Source: Solirubrobacterales bacterium (lineage in GTDB: Bacteria > Actinomycetota > Thermoleophilia > Solirubrobacterales > JBBDJG01). Taken from it: a stretch of DNA of 64,000 nt. Location: positions 4,579-68,578 of the forward strand of contig JBBQNR010000003.1 of NCBI GenBank assembly GCA_038330145.1, read 5' to 3'. The notes below the pieces were generated by a model that ran no database searches, was not told the origin of the DNA, and was given only the letters and a program-made list of their open reading frames with translations. The position numbers and the translations under genes are program-made. This document shows positions 55,567 through 64,000 of the stretch, in pieces (position 1 is the first letter of the stretch; every line of letters starts with the position of its first letter).

Positions 55567-56376
55567 CTACGGCCCAGTGGGCGAAGGTGTGCCGACCGGC
55601 GACTGCCCAGGCGCTGCTCCGAACGGATCCTGACCGGACTTGCGCGCATCGCGCGCGGCCTTCGCCGCCTGCTGCTCGGACCTCTTCGTTTCCTTCTTCG
55701 ACTTCACACCCGATTTACGCGCATCTTTGAGCTGAGCGGTGACCGTGTTGCGCTGGTCCTTGGGGGTCAGCGCGGTCGACTTGTCGGCGGCCTTGTCGCC
55801 GTTGCCGATGTCTCCGATCGCGTAGTAGATGATGGCGAGCTGGTAGTAGGAGATCGGGCTCGGCCGCTCCGTCGCGATCACCTTCTGGGTACGCGCCGCC
55901 TGCCTGAACACGTCGAGCGGAGAGCCCCCGGCGCTGTAGGTCACCAGGCCGCCGTAGGCCTGGACCATCAGCGCCGCAACGCCGGTATCCGGGCGCTTCG
56001 GCTTCAGCGACAGATAGCGCTCCCAGGCCTGGGTGGCTTTCTCGAGCTCATCGGTCGCGCCGGCCTTGAACGCGCCGGCCTGGCGATCGTAGTCGTCACC
56101 CGCGACCGCAAGGTTGTATTCGGCCCTGGCCAGTGCCAGCCACGCGTTGTCGTTCTTGGGGCCGGCCTTCGTCGCGCGCTCCGCCGCCGTGACACGCTTC
56201 TCGAAGGCGCTGACGTCGGTGCTGCTGGAGTTGTTGCCCCTGATGGCGTCGATCAGGCCACCGTTGACGTTGCTGCCGACTCCGAACAGGATCAGGCCGC
56301 CACCGAAAAGGACGGCGAGAAACAGGTACACGACCTGCACGAAGCGCTTGCGTTTGCCTTTTAGGTCGAAAAGCAT
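55567..56376 (-). CDS. Membrane-anchored helical-repeat (TPR-like) protein downstream of tatC
   Basis: N-terminal TM 'VVYLFLAVLFGGGLILFGV', then repeated Ala/Tyr/Leu-rich helical pairs ('AWLALARAEYNLA', 'AWERYLSLKP', 'YYQLAIIYYAIGD'). Basic tail. Confidence 0.65.
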   Translation of the reverse strand: MLFDLKGKRKRFVQVVYLFLAVLFGGGLILFGVGSNVNGGLIDAIRGNNSSSTDVSAFEKRVTAAERATKAGPKNDNAWLALARAEYNLAVAGDDYDRQAGAFKAGATDELEKATQAWERYLSLKPKRPDTGVAALMVQAYGGLVTYSAGGSPLDVFRQAARTQKVIATERPSPISYYQLAIIYYAIGDIGNGDKAADKSTALTPKDQRNTVTAQLKDARKSGVKSKKETKRSEQQAAKAARDARKSGQDPFGAAPGQSPVGTPSPTGP

Positions 56377-56409
56377 GGTTTTGCGGTTTGTGACGGCGGC
56401 GGCGCCAGC

Positions 56410-57180
56410 CTATCCGGGTCCCTCCGGGGCCGGCTCGGCCTGGACCTGCTCGTCACGGGGCCGGCCGAAGAGGGCGGCCAAGACGATACTCAACTCGTAG
56501 AGGACCAGCAGCGGAACCATCAGCACCAGCATGGTCACCGGGTCGCCCCCCGGAGAACCAAGCATAGCCACCACTGCCACCGCCACCACGGCGAAGCGCC
56601 GGTTCTTGCGCAGCTGCCGGGGAGTCGTGATCCCCAGCCTCGCCATGGCCAGGATCAGGACCGGTATCTGGAACACCAGCCCGAAGGCCAGCAGCGAGAG
56701 GGCGACGAAGCTGTAGTAGTCCCGCGCCCGCACCTGGATGTTGAACTGGTCGTTGTTGAAATCGAGCAGGAAGTTGACGGCTCGATCCAGCACCACGAAG
56801 TAGCCGAACGCCACCCCGGCGGCGAACAGGAACGGCACCAGCATCAGCAGCGGCAGCGCGACCTTCCGTTCGCGGGGGCTGAAGGCCGGCAGCACGTACG
56901 CGTACGCCTGGTAGAGGATCACGGGCAGCGCCAGCAGCAGGGCCGCGTAGGCCGAGACCGTGACCGTCGTGTAGAACGGCTCGGTCACGCCCAGGGTGAG
57001 TGGCTCGCGGCCGTTCAGCGGGTTGTTCATCAAGTCGAACAGCAGGTCGTTCTGCCAGAAGCAGAGCCCGAAGGCGACTGCCAGTGTCACGGCCGACACG
57101 ATCAGGCGCGTGCGCAGCTCGTCGAGGTGCTCGACGAGCGTCAGCCGGTCCTCGTGCCTGACAGGACGGATGCGTGGCAT
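56410..57180 (-). CDS. tatC: Twin-arginine translocase subunit TatC
   Basis: 'LTLVEHLDELRTRL', six TM helices, 'EPFYTTVTVSAY', 'SPGGDPVTM'. Confidence 0.92.
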   Translation of the reverse strand: MPRIRPVRHEDRLTLVEHLDELRTRLIVSAVTLAVAFGLCFWQNDLLFDLMNNPLNGREPLTLGVTEPFYTTVTVSAYAALLLALPVILYQAYAYVLPAFSPRERKVALPLLMLVPFLFAAGVAFGYFVVLDRAVNFLLDFNNDQFNIQVRARDYYSFVALSLLAFGLVFQIPVLILAMARLGITTPRQLRKNRRFAVVAVAVVAMLGSPGGDPVTMLVLMVPLLVLYELSIVLAALFGRPRDEQVQAEPAPEGPG

Positions 57181-57235
57181 GCGGCGTCTCCGTCTTCAGT
57201 GCGTGGCGGCTGCGGTTCTCACCGGCCGCCTGACT

Positions 57236-57523
57236 TCAGGACTCGCGATCGTGGACGACTTCGCCCTCGAGTGGCCGGGCGCTACCGTCGTCCGAGTCCG
57301 CTGAAACCGGAGCGGGCGCCTGCGCCTGCGTGACACGATCATCACGCCGGGGACGCTCGATCTCACGCGGCTCGTCGTCCTCGTCGTTGCCGGTGACCGA
57401 GTCCTTGAACTCGCGGATCCCACGACCCAGCGAACGCCCCATCTCGGGCAGCCGCTTGGGGCCGAAGACGATCAGCACGATGATCAGGACGATGACTATC
57501 TCGAGCGGTCCGATGTTTGGCAT
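57236..57523 (-). CDS. tatA: Twin-arginine translocase subunit TatA/E
   Basis: 'GPLEIVIVLIIVLIVFGPKRLPEMGRSLGRGIREFK'. Confidence 0.92.
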   Translation of the reverse strand: MPNIGPLEIVIVLIIVLIVFGPKRLPEMGRSLGRGIREFKDSVTGNDEDDEPREIERPRRDDRVTQAQAPAPVSADSDDGSARPLEGEVVHDRES

Positions 57524-57635
57524 CTAGCTGGCCTTCCTGGGAGCTTGTCCCCAATGGTAGCGCTACCCCGGGAGGCGGGCGCCTGGGCAGGCTCAGACGT
57601 TCAACGCCGGCTGCCGGATGCCTCCACGAACGCCG

Positions 57636-58205
57636 TTACGGGCGCTCGAAGTTGCGATAGAAGCGAGACGGGGTGGGCTCGGACTGGCCCTGGTACTTGC
57701 TGCCCACGGATCCCGTGCCGTAGGGGTTCTCCACGGGCTGGTCCATGCGCATGAACGAGATCTGGCCGATCGGCATGCCGTAGTAGATCGTGATCGGGAG
57801 GTTGGCCACGTTGGAGAGCTCGAGCGTCAGGTTGCCGTCCCAGCAGGGGTCCACGAAGCCGGCGGTGGAATGGATCAGCAGGCCGAGCCGCCCGAGCGAG
57901 CTCTTTCCCTCCAGGCGCGCAACGGTGTCGTCCGGAAGCTTGATTCGCTCCAGCGTCTGGCCCAGCACGAACTCGCCGGGGTGGAGCACGAACGGCTCCT
58001 CGTCTCCCCCCTCGACCAGCTCGGTCAGGTCGTCCATCGGCTCCCGCACGTCTATGTAGGGCCGGCGGTGGTTGTGGAAGACACGGAACTTGCGGTCTAT
58101 TCGGACGTCCACGCTCGACGGCTGCACCAGACCCACGTCATATGGGTCGATGACGATGTGGCCAGCCTCGATCTCGGCCTTGATGGTGCGGTCGCTCAGT
58201 ACCAC
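57636..58205 (-). CDS. dcd: dCTP deaminase (probably the bifunctional dUMP-forming type)
   Basis: Start set to GTG 58205 (190 aa, '[11 protein letters not shown]...'). 'VQPSSVDVR', '[21 protein letters not shown]', '[12 protein letters not shown]'. The longest ORF reaches 58241. Confidence 0.9.
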   Translation of the reverse strand: MVLSDRTIKAEIEAGHIVIDPYDVGLVQPSSVDVRIDRKFRVFHNHRRPYIDVREPMDDLTELVEGGDEEPFVLHPGEFVLGQTLERIKLPDDTVARLEGKSSLGRLGLLIHSTAGFVDPCWDGNLTLELSNVANLPITIYYGMPIGQISFMRMDQPVENPYGTGSVGSKYQGQSEPTPSRFYRNFERP

Positions 58206-58340
58206 GGTGGGGGCGGAGTCTAGCCGCGCCGGGACCGGCAAAGAGGCCGCCCGGTCTGAATCCGGCGAGGAACGCGTTTAAGGCGAAATCTCTTTTCTAA
58301 AGGTTCCAAAGCCGAGGGCCGATACCGGTCCGGAAGAACG

Positions 58341-58745
58341 ATGCAGACACCTGAACAAGAGCACAACGGGCACAGGATCAAGCGAGTCTCGCTTCCGAGC
58401 GGTAAGACGATCGAGGTCGTCTACTTCCAGGACTCGAGCCGCCGCTCCCCAAGCCGTGAGCTGCATGTCTGCCCGGATTGCGAATCGCCACTGGTGTTCC
58501 CCGTCCACTGGACGGAGGCGAACACGACTCACTGGGAAGTGACGCTCCGCTGCCCGAATTGCGAATGGGGCCAGACCGGCGTGTTCGATCAGGACACCGT
58601 CGAGCTCTTCGATGAGGAGCTCGACCGCGGCACCGACGAGCTGGTCGACGACCTCAAGAGCCTCATCTACGCAAACATGGAGGAAGAGATCGACCGCTTC
58701 TGCAAGGCGCTGAGCGAGGATCACGTCCTCCCCGAGGATTTCTAG
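58341..58745 (+). CDS. Hypothetical zinc-ribbon protein with an acidic C-terminus
   Basis: 'CPDCESPLV...CPNCEW' (Cys4). 134 aa with coding-like codon usage. Confidence 0.6.
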   Translation: MQTPEQEHNGHRIKRVSLPSGKTIEVVYFQDSSRRSPSRELHVCPDCESPLVFPVHWTEANTTHWEVTLRCPNCEWGQTGVFDQDTVELFDEELDRGTDELVDDLKSLIYANMEEEIDRFCKALSEDHVLPEDF

Positions 58746-58762
58746 AAAACAGCCCGGTTTTC

Positions 58763-58834
58763 GCTTAGACGCGAAAACGGGGAGCTCTGAGGGCGCGTCT
58801 TTTGCTTAGACGCGAAAACGGGGAGCTCTGAGGG
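58763..58834. repeat. Perfect 31-nt direct repeat (2 copies, 41-nt period) with hairpins, between convergent genes
   Basis: gcttagacgcgaaaacggggagctctgaggg occurs at 58763-58793 and 58804-58834. Copy 1 sits in the hairpin gttttcgc-ttagac-gcgaaaac. Confidence 0.8.
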
Positions 58835-58841
58835 CTCTGGC

Positions 58842-59837
58842 TTACGTATAACGGTCGACGACGCGGTCGGCGACCAGTTCCAGCAGCTCGGCCGACTCGG
58901 GCTCGAGCACTTCCTCCAGAGCCGTCTTTGCATCGGCCACCAGCTCGGTCGCCACGCGGCGCGACTCGTCGATAGCTCCCGTCGCCACGATGCGGTCGCA
59001 GATGCGTTCCGCCTGTTCACGTGAGGCGAGCGATCGAAGATCGATGCCGGCCAGCCCAGATTCGATTCCCGCGGCGATGATGAGGGGCAGCGTCGTGGTT
59101 CCCTCGAGCAGGTCGGTGCCGCGCTCCTTGCCCGTGCGCTCCGCGGGCCCGATGACGTCGAGCACGTCGTCCAGCACCTGAAAGGCGAGCCCGATGTCGT
59201 GGCCGAAGCGACCGAGTGCATCGGTGTGCTCGGTCCCTGCGCCGGCCGCCAGCGCCCCGAGCCGGCATGCTGCCGTGAACAGGCTCGCCGTCTTGAGGCC
59301 ACAGCGGTACAGGTAGCGATCGACGTCGATGCCGGAGGCAAACGTGTCCTTCCTCTGCACCAGCTCGCCACGCGCCAGCGCCAGGCAAGCATCCGACAGC
59401 ACCCTCACCTGCTGGTCGTCACCGTTCCTTGCCAGCAACGCCAGCGCGCGTGAGAAGAGGAAATCGCCGCCCGCGGTGGCAGCGGGCCTGCCCGAGACCG
59501 CGACCACGGTGGGGCGGCCACGCCGCACCTTCGCACCGTCGACGACGTCGTCGTGAACGAGGGTCGCCATGTGGACCAGCTCGACCGCCGCTCCCGCGTT
59601 GACCAGCGCGGAGCCCGCTCCCGCTTCGCCGCTTGCCCGCCCGCATATGAAGACGAGCAACGGGCGCAGCCGCTTGCCGCCCGCGGCAAGGGTGTCCGCC
59701 GCCGCGGCGCCCAGCTGCGGACCGTGGGAGCCCGTCAGCTCGGACAGCCGCTGCTCGACCTCGTCCATCGAAGTCCGCACGCCCGTGCCCCCAGCCTCCA
59801 GCACGTCGTCGAATGGAGTGGTGCCTGCGGCGCGCAA
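58842..59837 (-). CDS. Trans-polyprenyl diphosphate synthase (long-chain; HepT/IspB-like)
   Basis: First and second Asp-rich motifs 'LVHDDVVDGAKVRRG' and 'FQVLDDVLD'. Confidence 0.9.
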   Translation of the reverse strand: MRAAGTTPFDDVLEAGGTGVRTSMDEVEQRLSELTGSHGPQLGAAAADTLAAGGKRLRPLLVFICGRASGEAGAGSALVNAGAAVELVHMATLVHDDVVDGAKVRRGRPTVVAVSGRPAATAGGDFLFSRALALLARNGDDQQVRVLSDACLALARGELVQRKDTFASGIDVDRYLYRCGLKTASLFTAACRLGALAAGAGTEHTDALGRFGHDIGLAFQVLDDVLDVIGPAERTGKERGTDLLEGTTTLPLIIAAGIESGLAGIDLRSLASREQAERICDRIVATGAIDESRRVATELVADAKTALEEVLEPESAELLELVADRVVDRYT

Positions 59838-59843
59838 CTAACC

Positions 59844-60587
59844 TCAGGGGGTTTGATCGTGCTCGACAACCGTGCCCGAGTGGACGGCGACAATCCCTCC
59901 GGCCAACAGCAGAAAACGGACCTGGCGCAAGCCGACGTCGTTCATGAGCTCGGCGAGCTTCGGCGCCGGTGGGAAGCGGCGCACCGACTGCGGCAGGTAG
60001 GTGTAGGCGTCACGGTCGCCGGCGACCGTCCCCAGCATCGGCACTATGCGGTCGAACCAGACTCGGTAGAACCAGCTCAACGGCGGACGCTGAGGAGTCG
60101 TGATCTCGAGTATGACCACGCGCCCGCCAACGCGCACGACACGCGCCATCTCGGCGATCCCGCTGCGCAGGTTGACGAGGTTGCGGACACCGAAACCGAC
60201 CGTGGCGGCATCGAAGGCACCATCCTTGAACGGCAGCTCGAGCGCGTTGCCGTGCTGATAGAGGACGTCGAGGCCGGTGCGTTCGGATTTCTCCCTCGCC
60301 AGCTCCAGCATCGGCTCAGAGAAGTCCAGGCCCACGACCGACCCCTGCGCACCGACACGGCGCTTCAGCTCCAGCGCCAGGTCGCCCGTGCCGCAGCAGA
60401 CGTCGAGAGCGCTCTGACCTGGGCTCAGGCCGGTGAAACCGATGGCTCGCGAGCGCCAGCGGTGATGCAACCCCGCCGACATCACGGAGTTCATGAGGTC
60501 GTAACGTCCTGCGATGCGGTCGAACATCGACCGCACCTGCGACTCCCTGGCGCGAGCCGACCCGTTCTCGGCTGTCAGCGTTGACAA
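59844..60587 (-). CDS. menG: Demethylmenaquinone/ubiquinone C-methyltransferase
   Basis: 'FDRIAGRYDLMN', SAM motif 'ALDVCCGTGDL', 'LEITTP...YRVWFDRIVP'. Confidence 0.9.
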   Translation of the reverse strand: MSTLTAENGSARARESQVRSMFDRIAGRYDLMNSVMSAGLHHRWRSRAIGFTGLSPGQSALDVCCGTGDLALELKRRVGAQGSVVGLDFSEPMLELAREKSERTGLDVLYQHGNALELPFKDGAFDAATVGFGVRNLVNLRSGIAEMARVVRVGGRVVILEITTPQRPPLSWFYRVWFDRIVPMLGTVAGDRDAYTYLPQSVRRFPPAPKLAELMNDVGLRQVRFLLLAGGIVAVHSGTVVEHDQTP

Positions 60588-60600
60588 CGCCGTGGCTGTG

Positions 60601-61305
60601 CTAGCGCAGCGCCGACAAGTAGTCGACGAGAGCGTTGAATTTCTTCGGCGGCAGGTCGCGGTAGGACGGCATCGGCGCCGTCGGGCTGCGCAGAGTGCGC
60701 GCGATCGCGTCGCGCGGCAAGTTTGCGCCGATCTTCGTCAGGTTCGGGCCCGGCCCACCGTTTCCGGCCTCGCCGAACTTGTGACAGGCGCCGCAGCCGG
60801 ATTGGTTGGCCACGGTCTGGCCGGCCTGGACATTCGCCGCCACCGGCAGATTGATCTTGTCCGGCGCCTCGGCGGTGGCTCCGAGGTAGGTCAGGTAGGC
60901 CATGGCCGCGATCGTGGCGATGGCGGCGGTGGTGGCGATCGGCCGTCGCTCCGGCCGGCGCTCGGGGTTGCGATCGTAGAACGGCAGCAGCAGGAGCAGG
61001 ACGAGCGCGATCGTCGGCACCCCCACCGTCGCCAGCGGCACCAGCTCCGGCGGCTTGATCACCCGCAGCACCTCGAACAGGAAGAAGAAGTACCACTCTG
61101 GCCTCGGCGTGTAGGTGGTCGTGGTCGGGTCCGCACGGTTCTCCAGCTCGCCTGCCCCGAGGATGACCGCCATCGCGATGATCACCACGATCGTGATCAA
61201 TCCCATGGCCGAGTCCTTCATCACCGCATACGGGAAGAAGGGCTTGCCCTGGCTCTTCAGGATCTGGTACTCGCGCAGGTACTCCTCTTTTTGCTGCCGG
61301 TTCAT
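60601..61305 (-). CDS. qcrC: Menaquinol-cytochrome c reductase subunit IV fused to a mono-haem cytochrome c (QcrC, Bacillus type)
   Basis: Cytochrome b C-terminal/PetD-like 'PRPEWYFFFLFEVLR' plus three TM helices, then haem-c site 'CGACH' with a distal 'APMPSY'. Confidence 0.85.
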   Translation of the reverse strand: MNRQQKEEYLREYQILKSQGKPFFPYAVMKDSAMGLITIVVIIAMAVILGAGELENRADPTTTTYTPRPEWYFFFLFEVLRVIKPPELVPLATVGVPTIALVLLLLLPFYDRNPERRPERRPIATTAAIATIAAMAYLTYLGATAEAPDKINLPVAANVQAGQTVANQSGCGACHKFGEAGNGGPGPNLTKIGANLPRDAIARTLRSPTAPMPSYRDLPPKKFNALVDYLSALR

Positions 61306-61321
61306 GTGGCCACTGCCGCGC

Positions 61322-62143
61322 TCACACGCGCTCCTTCTCGATCGGCTCGTCCAGGCTCGCCTTCAGCCAGGGCGGCGCCGTCGTTCCTAGCTTCGTCACG
61401 AGATAGAGGTGGGCGCCGATCAGAGCCGCGAGCAGGACCGGGATCAGCAGCATGTGGATGGCGTAGAAACGCGACAGCGTGGTGGCCCCGAACTCAGGCC
61501 CGGCGCGCAGGAAATCAGCCAGGTAGGGACCCACGACCGGGCCGGTGCCATTGATGTTGACTCCGACCACCGTGGCCCAGAACGACCTCTGGTCGAACGG
61601 CAGCAGGTAGCCGGTGAAGCCCATCGCGAGCGTCAGCACGAGCAGCACCACTCCGATCACCCAGTTGAGCTCGCGCGGATACTTGTAGGCACCGAAGAAG
61701 AACGTGCGTCCCATGTGCAGGAAGACGAGCACGATCATCACGGTCGCTCCCCAGCGATGCATGCCACGCACCAGCTCGCCGAGGAAGACGTCGTTCGTTA
61801 TGTGCTGGACGCTGGTGTACGCGCGCGCCGGGTCGGGCTCGTAGTACATCGCCAGGAACACGCCGGTGACAGCCTGGGACAGGAAGGCGAACATGGTCGC
61901 CGACCCAAGGGTGTAGAACCAGTTCGTTCCCTTCGGCACCTTGCGGAACAGGAATCCGCGCAGGAAGCCGCTCGCCCCGGTGCGCTCGTCGACCCAGCCG
62001 ACCATGCCGGTGGAGACCTCGGCGGCCTGATCCTTGAGGGTGACCTCGCCGTTGTCCCCGCTGCCGTTCTTGCCGTCATGCTCCTTCGGCGGCCACTCGG
62101 GCTTAGCGCGGCCGGGGATCGGGAGCTTCGGACGAGTTGCCAT
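61322..62143 (-). CDS. qcrB: Cytochrome b6-type subunit (four-helix, split cytochrome b; QcrB)
   Basis: 'GVFLAMYYEPD', 'RGMHRWGATVMIVLVFLHM', 'GYLLPFDQRSFWAT', 'FYAIHMLLIP'. About 270 aa rather than a full-length cytochrome b. Confidence 0.9.
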   Translation of the reverse strand: MATRPKLPIPGRAKPEWPPKEHDGKNGSGDNGEVTLKDQAAEVSTGMVGWVDERTGASGFLRGFLFRKVPKGTNWFYTLGSATMFAFLSQAVTGVFLAMYYEPDPARAYTSVQHITNDVFLGELVRGMHRWGATVMIVLVFLHMGRTFFFGAYKYPRELNWVIGVVLLVLTLAMGFTGYLLPFDQRSFWATVVGVNINGTGPVVGPYLADFLRAGPEFGATTLSRFYAIHMLLIPVLLAALIGAHLYLVTKLGTTAPPWLKASLDEPIEKERV

Positions 62144-62146
62144 GGA

Positions 62147-62848
62147 TCAGGAAGGTGAGGGGACGGATGGGCGCTTGGGCCAGAGGTACTGCCAGAGGCC
62201 GTCCAGCTTCTCACCGGGGTCGCGCGGCGAAAAGCGCTTCAGCTCCGAGTTGACGCTGTAGCGCGGGCCGATCTGGACCTGCCCTCCCTTGACGCGTGTG
62301 ACGAAGCGGTCGAGCGGGCGCACCGGTGGCCCACCTGCCACCTTGCCCTCAAAGTCGTAGACACCGCCGTGACAGGGGCAGACGAAGCGCTCGGCCGCGA
62401 CGACCCACCGGACCGGACAGCCGAGGTGCGCGCAACGCGTCGAGATCGCGATGTACTCGCCGCTGCGCTCCCCCTTGAAGATCGGGTTGCCCTCTCTTAT
62501 GTAGATGGTGGTCTTGCCGGCCTCCCCGACGCCCGCGGCGATCGTGATCGTGCGGGGTACGTAGTTGTCGTTGACGAAGTCGCTCGGCGGACCGACGTCC
62601 TGGTAGTCCTGCTCGTGCTCCTCGAACAGCGGACCGACGGCGAAGCCGATCGCTGGCAGAGCGATCGCGGCTGTCATGACGCCGCCCAGCGCAAGCGCGC
62701 CGCCGGAGAAGACCATGCGGCGAGTCATCGTCTCACCCTCGTAGTAACCGGGCGGCTTCAGCGTCGGAACACCACCGCCGGCGCCGTCGCCGTAGGAATT
62801 GCCTGAAGCGGTCTGCCGCTGAGCTTGGTCTCTGGTCTCATTCGCCAT
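62147..62848 (-). CDS. qcrA: Rieske 2Fe-2S subunit (QcrA)
   Basis: Start set to ATG 62848. 'CAHLGCPV...CPCHGGVY'. A Tat-like 'TRRMVFSGGALALG' precedes the TM helix. Confidence 0.88.
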   Translation of the reverse strand: MANETRDQAQRQTASGNSYGDGAGGGVPTLKPPGYYEGETMTRRMVFSGGALALGGVMTAAIALPAIGFAVGPLFEEHEQDYQDVGPPSDFVNDNYVPRTITIAAGVGEAGKTTIYIREGNPIFKGERSGEYIAISTRCAHLGCPVRWVVAAERFVCPCHGGVYDFEGKVAGGPPVRPLDRFVTRVKGGQVQIGPRYSVNSELKRFSPRDPGEKLDGLWQYLWPKRPSVPSPS

Positions 62849-62886
62849 AGCAGTGCGGAAAGTTGCCGCTGTCACGTTGTTGCCGG

Positions 62887-63498
62887 TCACACATTGACCC
62901 AGCGACCAAAAGCTATCAAGGCCTGGTGCAGGCGTAGCTCCTGACCGATCTGCGAGGCCCGTGCTTGTGCGATTGCGCGCAGGTCCTGTGGCGCGAATGG
63001 CTCGTACCGGCGCGTACGCTGCTTGGCCTGCTGCTGCTCGGGCCAGGGCCCAGCGGCGACGGCGAGCGCCGCCAGGGCCCACAGCCCGCCGGTCAGGACG
63101 GTCGTGCCGGCATCGTCGCCGCCCTGTCCCCCATGGCCCGCTGCGTGCACCTGCGCACAGAGCGTAATCAGGTCTGCCAGCTCCTCGACGGCCTCGAGGT
63201 CGCCAAGCGCGGCCAGCCGCGAGAGACCGAGCGCATAGAAGTAGTCGCCCGAAAGCAGCAGCAGGTCGTCGTCGCGGCTGGAGACGATGCGCGACCCTCC
63301 GTAATGCAGCAGGTAGCCCTCGAAGATGCTTTCGACCAGCAGCGCGTATTCACGGCCGGCATCCCCCACACGCTCGCCGGCTGCGACCAGCGGGCCGAAC
63401 ACGTCGCCGTCGGGAGGCGTAGCGTCCACGAGAGCGACGGCGAGCAGACCGTCCTCCGCCGCGACCAACCCGTGCAGCCCGCGCAGGGCAGGCGTCAT
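62887..63498 (-). CDS. Hypothetical protein, possibly HepS-like (heptaprenyl diphosphate synthase component I)
   Basis: ATGA overlap with the hemL stop. 'LLLLSGDYFYALGLSRLAALGDLEAVEELADLI' resembles my memory of Bacillus HepS '[33 protein letters not shown]'. The function is an inference. Confidence 0.6.
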   Translation of the reverse strand: MTPALRGLHGLVAAEDGLLAVALVDATPPDGDVFGPLVAAGERVGDAGREYALLVESIFEGYLLHYGGSRIVSSRDDDLLLLSGDYFYALGLSRLAALGDLEAVEELADLITLCAQVHAAGHGGQGGDDAGTTVLTGGLWALAALAVAAGPWPEQQQAKQRTRRYEPFAPQDLRAIAQARASQIGQELRLHQALIAFGRWVNV

Positions 63499-64000
63499 GC
63501 GTCAAGCGCCGAGAAGGCCTCGGTCGCGGCCGCGAGGGTGCGGTCGAGCTCGGCGTCGCCGTGCGCCAGGGACGGAAACCAGGCCTCGAACGGGGACGGC
63601 GGCAGGTAGATGCCGCGCTCGAGCATGGCCGCGTGGAAGCGAGCGAAGGCGCCGGCGTTGGCGGCGCGGGCCTGTTCCCAGCGCTCCACCGGTTGATCGG
63701 AGAAGAAGACCGTCAGCAGGCCGCAAAGAGACGCCACCTGTACCTGTACGCCAGCGGCGCGGGCCGCCTCGCGCAGGCCCGCTGCCAGCCGCTCGGTGTA
63801 GCCGGCCAGCCGCTCGTACGCCTGCGGCGTGAGCTGCCCCAGCGTCGCGAGCCCGGCAGCGGTTGCGAGCGGATTGCCCGACAGCGTGCCCGCCTGATAG
63901 GTGGCTCCCGATGGCGCCAGCTGCTGGAGCAGCTTCCGCCCGCCGGCCACCGCGGCCAGGGGAAGGCCGCCGCCGAGCACCTTGCCGAGCACGGCCAGGT
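63495..64000 (-). CDS. hemL: Glutamate-1-semialdehyde 2,1-aminomutase, C-terminal part; the gene runs off the right edge of the window
   Basis: 'LGKVLGGGLPLAAVAGGRKLL...YQAGTLSGNPLATAAG...FEAWFPSLAH'. The reading frame stays open to position 64000. Confidence 0.9.
   Translation of the reverse strand, partial: LAVLGKVLGGGLPLAAVAGGRKLLQQLAPSGATYQAGTLSGNPLATAAGLATLGQLTPQAYERLAGYTERLAAGLREAARAAGVQVQVASLCGLLTVFFSDQPVERWEQARAANAGAFARFHAAMLERGIYLPPSPFEAWFPSLAHGDAELDRTLAAATEAFSALDA

Noticed and set aside
58763-58834. Possible CRISPR array (also considered for 50672..50727)
   Set aside because: There are only two repeat copies at each site, the spacers are only 10 nt and 6 nt long, and no cas genes are present. 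These are tandem hairpin repeats, not CRISPR.

Overview
The window is a very GC-rich, gene-dense bacterial chromosomal segment. By eye the composition, the frequent GTG/TTG starts and the 4-nt GTGA/ATGA stop-start overlaps look Actinomycetota-like. Some Firmicute-style traits hint at a deep-branching class such as Thermoleophilia or Rubrobacteria; that placement is inference only.

Most of the window is housekeeping:
- a redoxin - NfeD - stomatin - GalT-like block
- an HD-GYP protein and an MFS transporter
- a five-gene peptide/nickel-type ABC importer
- GNAT, USP and alpha/beta-hydrolase genes, then tRNA-Arg(CCT)
- pyrE, a patatin-like protein, a CPBP protease, a HAD hydrolase and a molybdopterin oxidoreductase
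- a class A PBP, a GT-C-like membrane protein and thiL
- an OmpR/HK/HtrA envelope-stress module
- an IMPase - treT - otsA trehalose block
- rpsF-ssb-rpsR-rplI-dnaB followed by a DnaC/DnaI-like loader, then purA
- a wecB / Gfo-Idh-MocA / hexapeptide-acetyltransferase sugar block
- a very large MMPL transporter and tRNA-Lys(CTT)
- tatA-tatC and dcd
- a hemL - HepS-like - qcrABC - menG - polyprenyl synthase respiratory/menaquinone block

The least explained region is 50.7-55.3 kb, next to tRNA-Lys, where G+C looks lower by eye. It holds an S8 subtilisin-like protease whose C-terminus consists of (RSRWS) repeats. Two downstream paralogous secreted proteins are basic, share a six-cysteine framework, and have no domain I can recognise.

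Other points worth a second look:
- a DnaC/DnaI-type loader translationally coupled to dnaB
- a GalT-family gene whose conserved N-terminus lies upstream of any canonical start codon
- strong orphan terminator-like hairpins inside two long divergent intergenic regions (6.6 kb and 47.4 kb)
- related hairpin or tandem-repeat elements in convergent gene gaps (19.4, 50.7 and 58.8 kb)
- a small FlgM-like ORF overlapping the 3' end of thiL

No CRISPR array, rRNA gene, transposase or integrase is visible. All function calls come from motif recognition in the translations; no database search was run.
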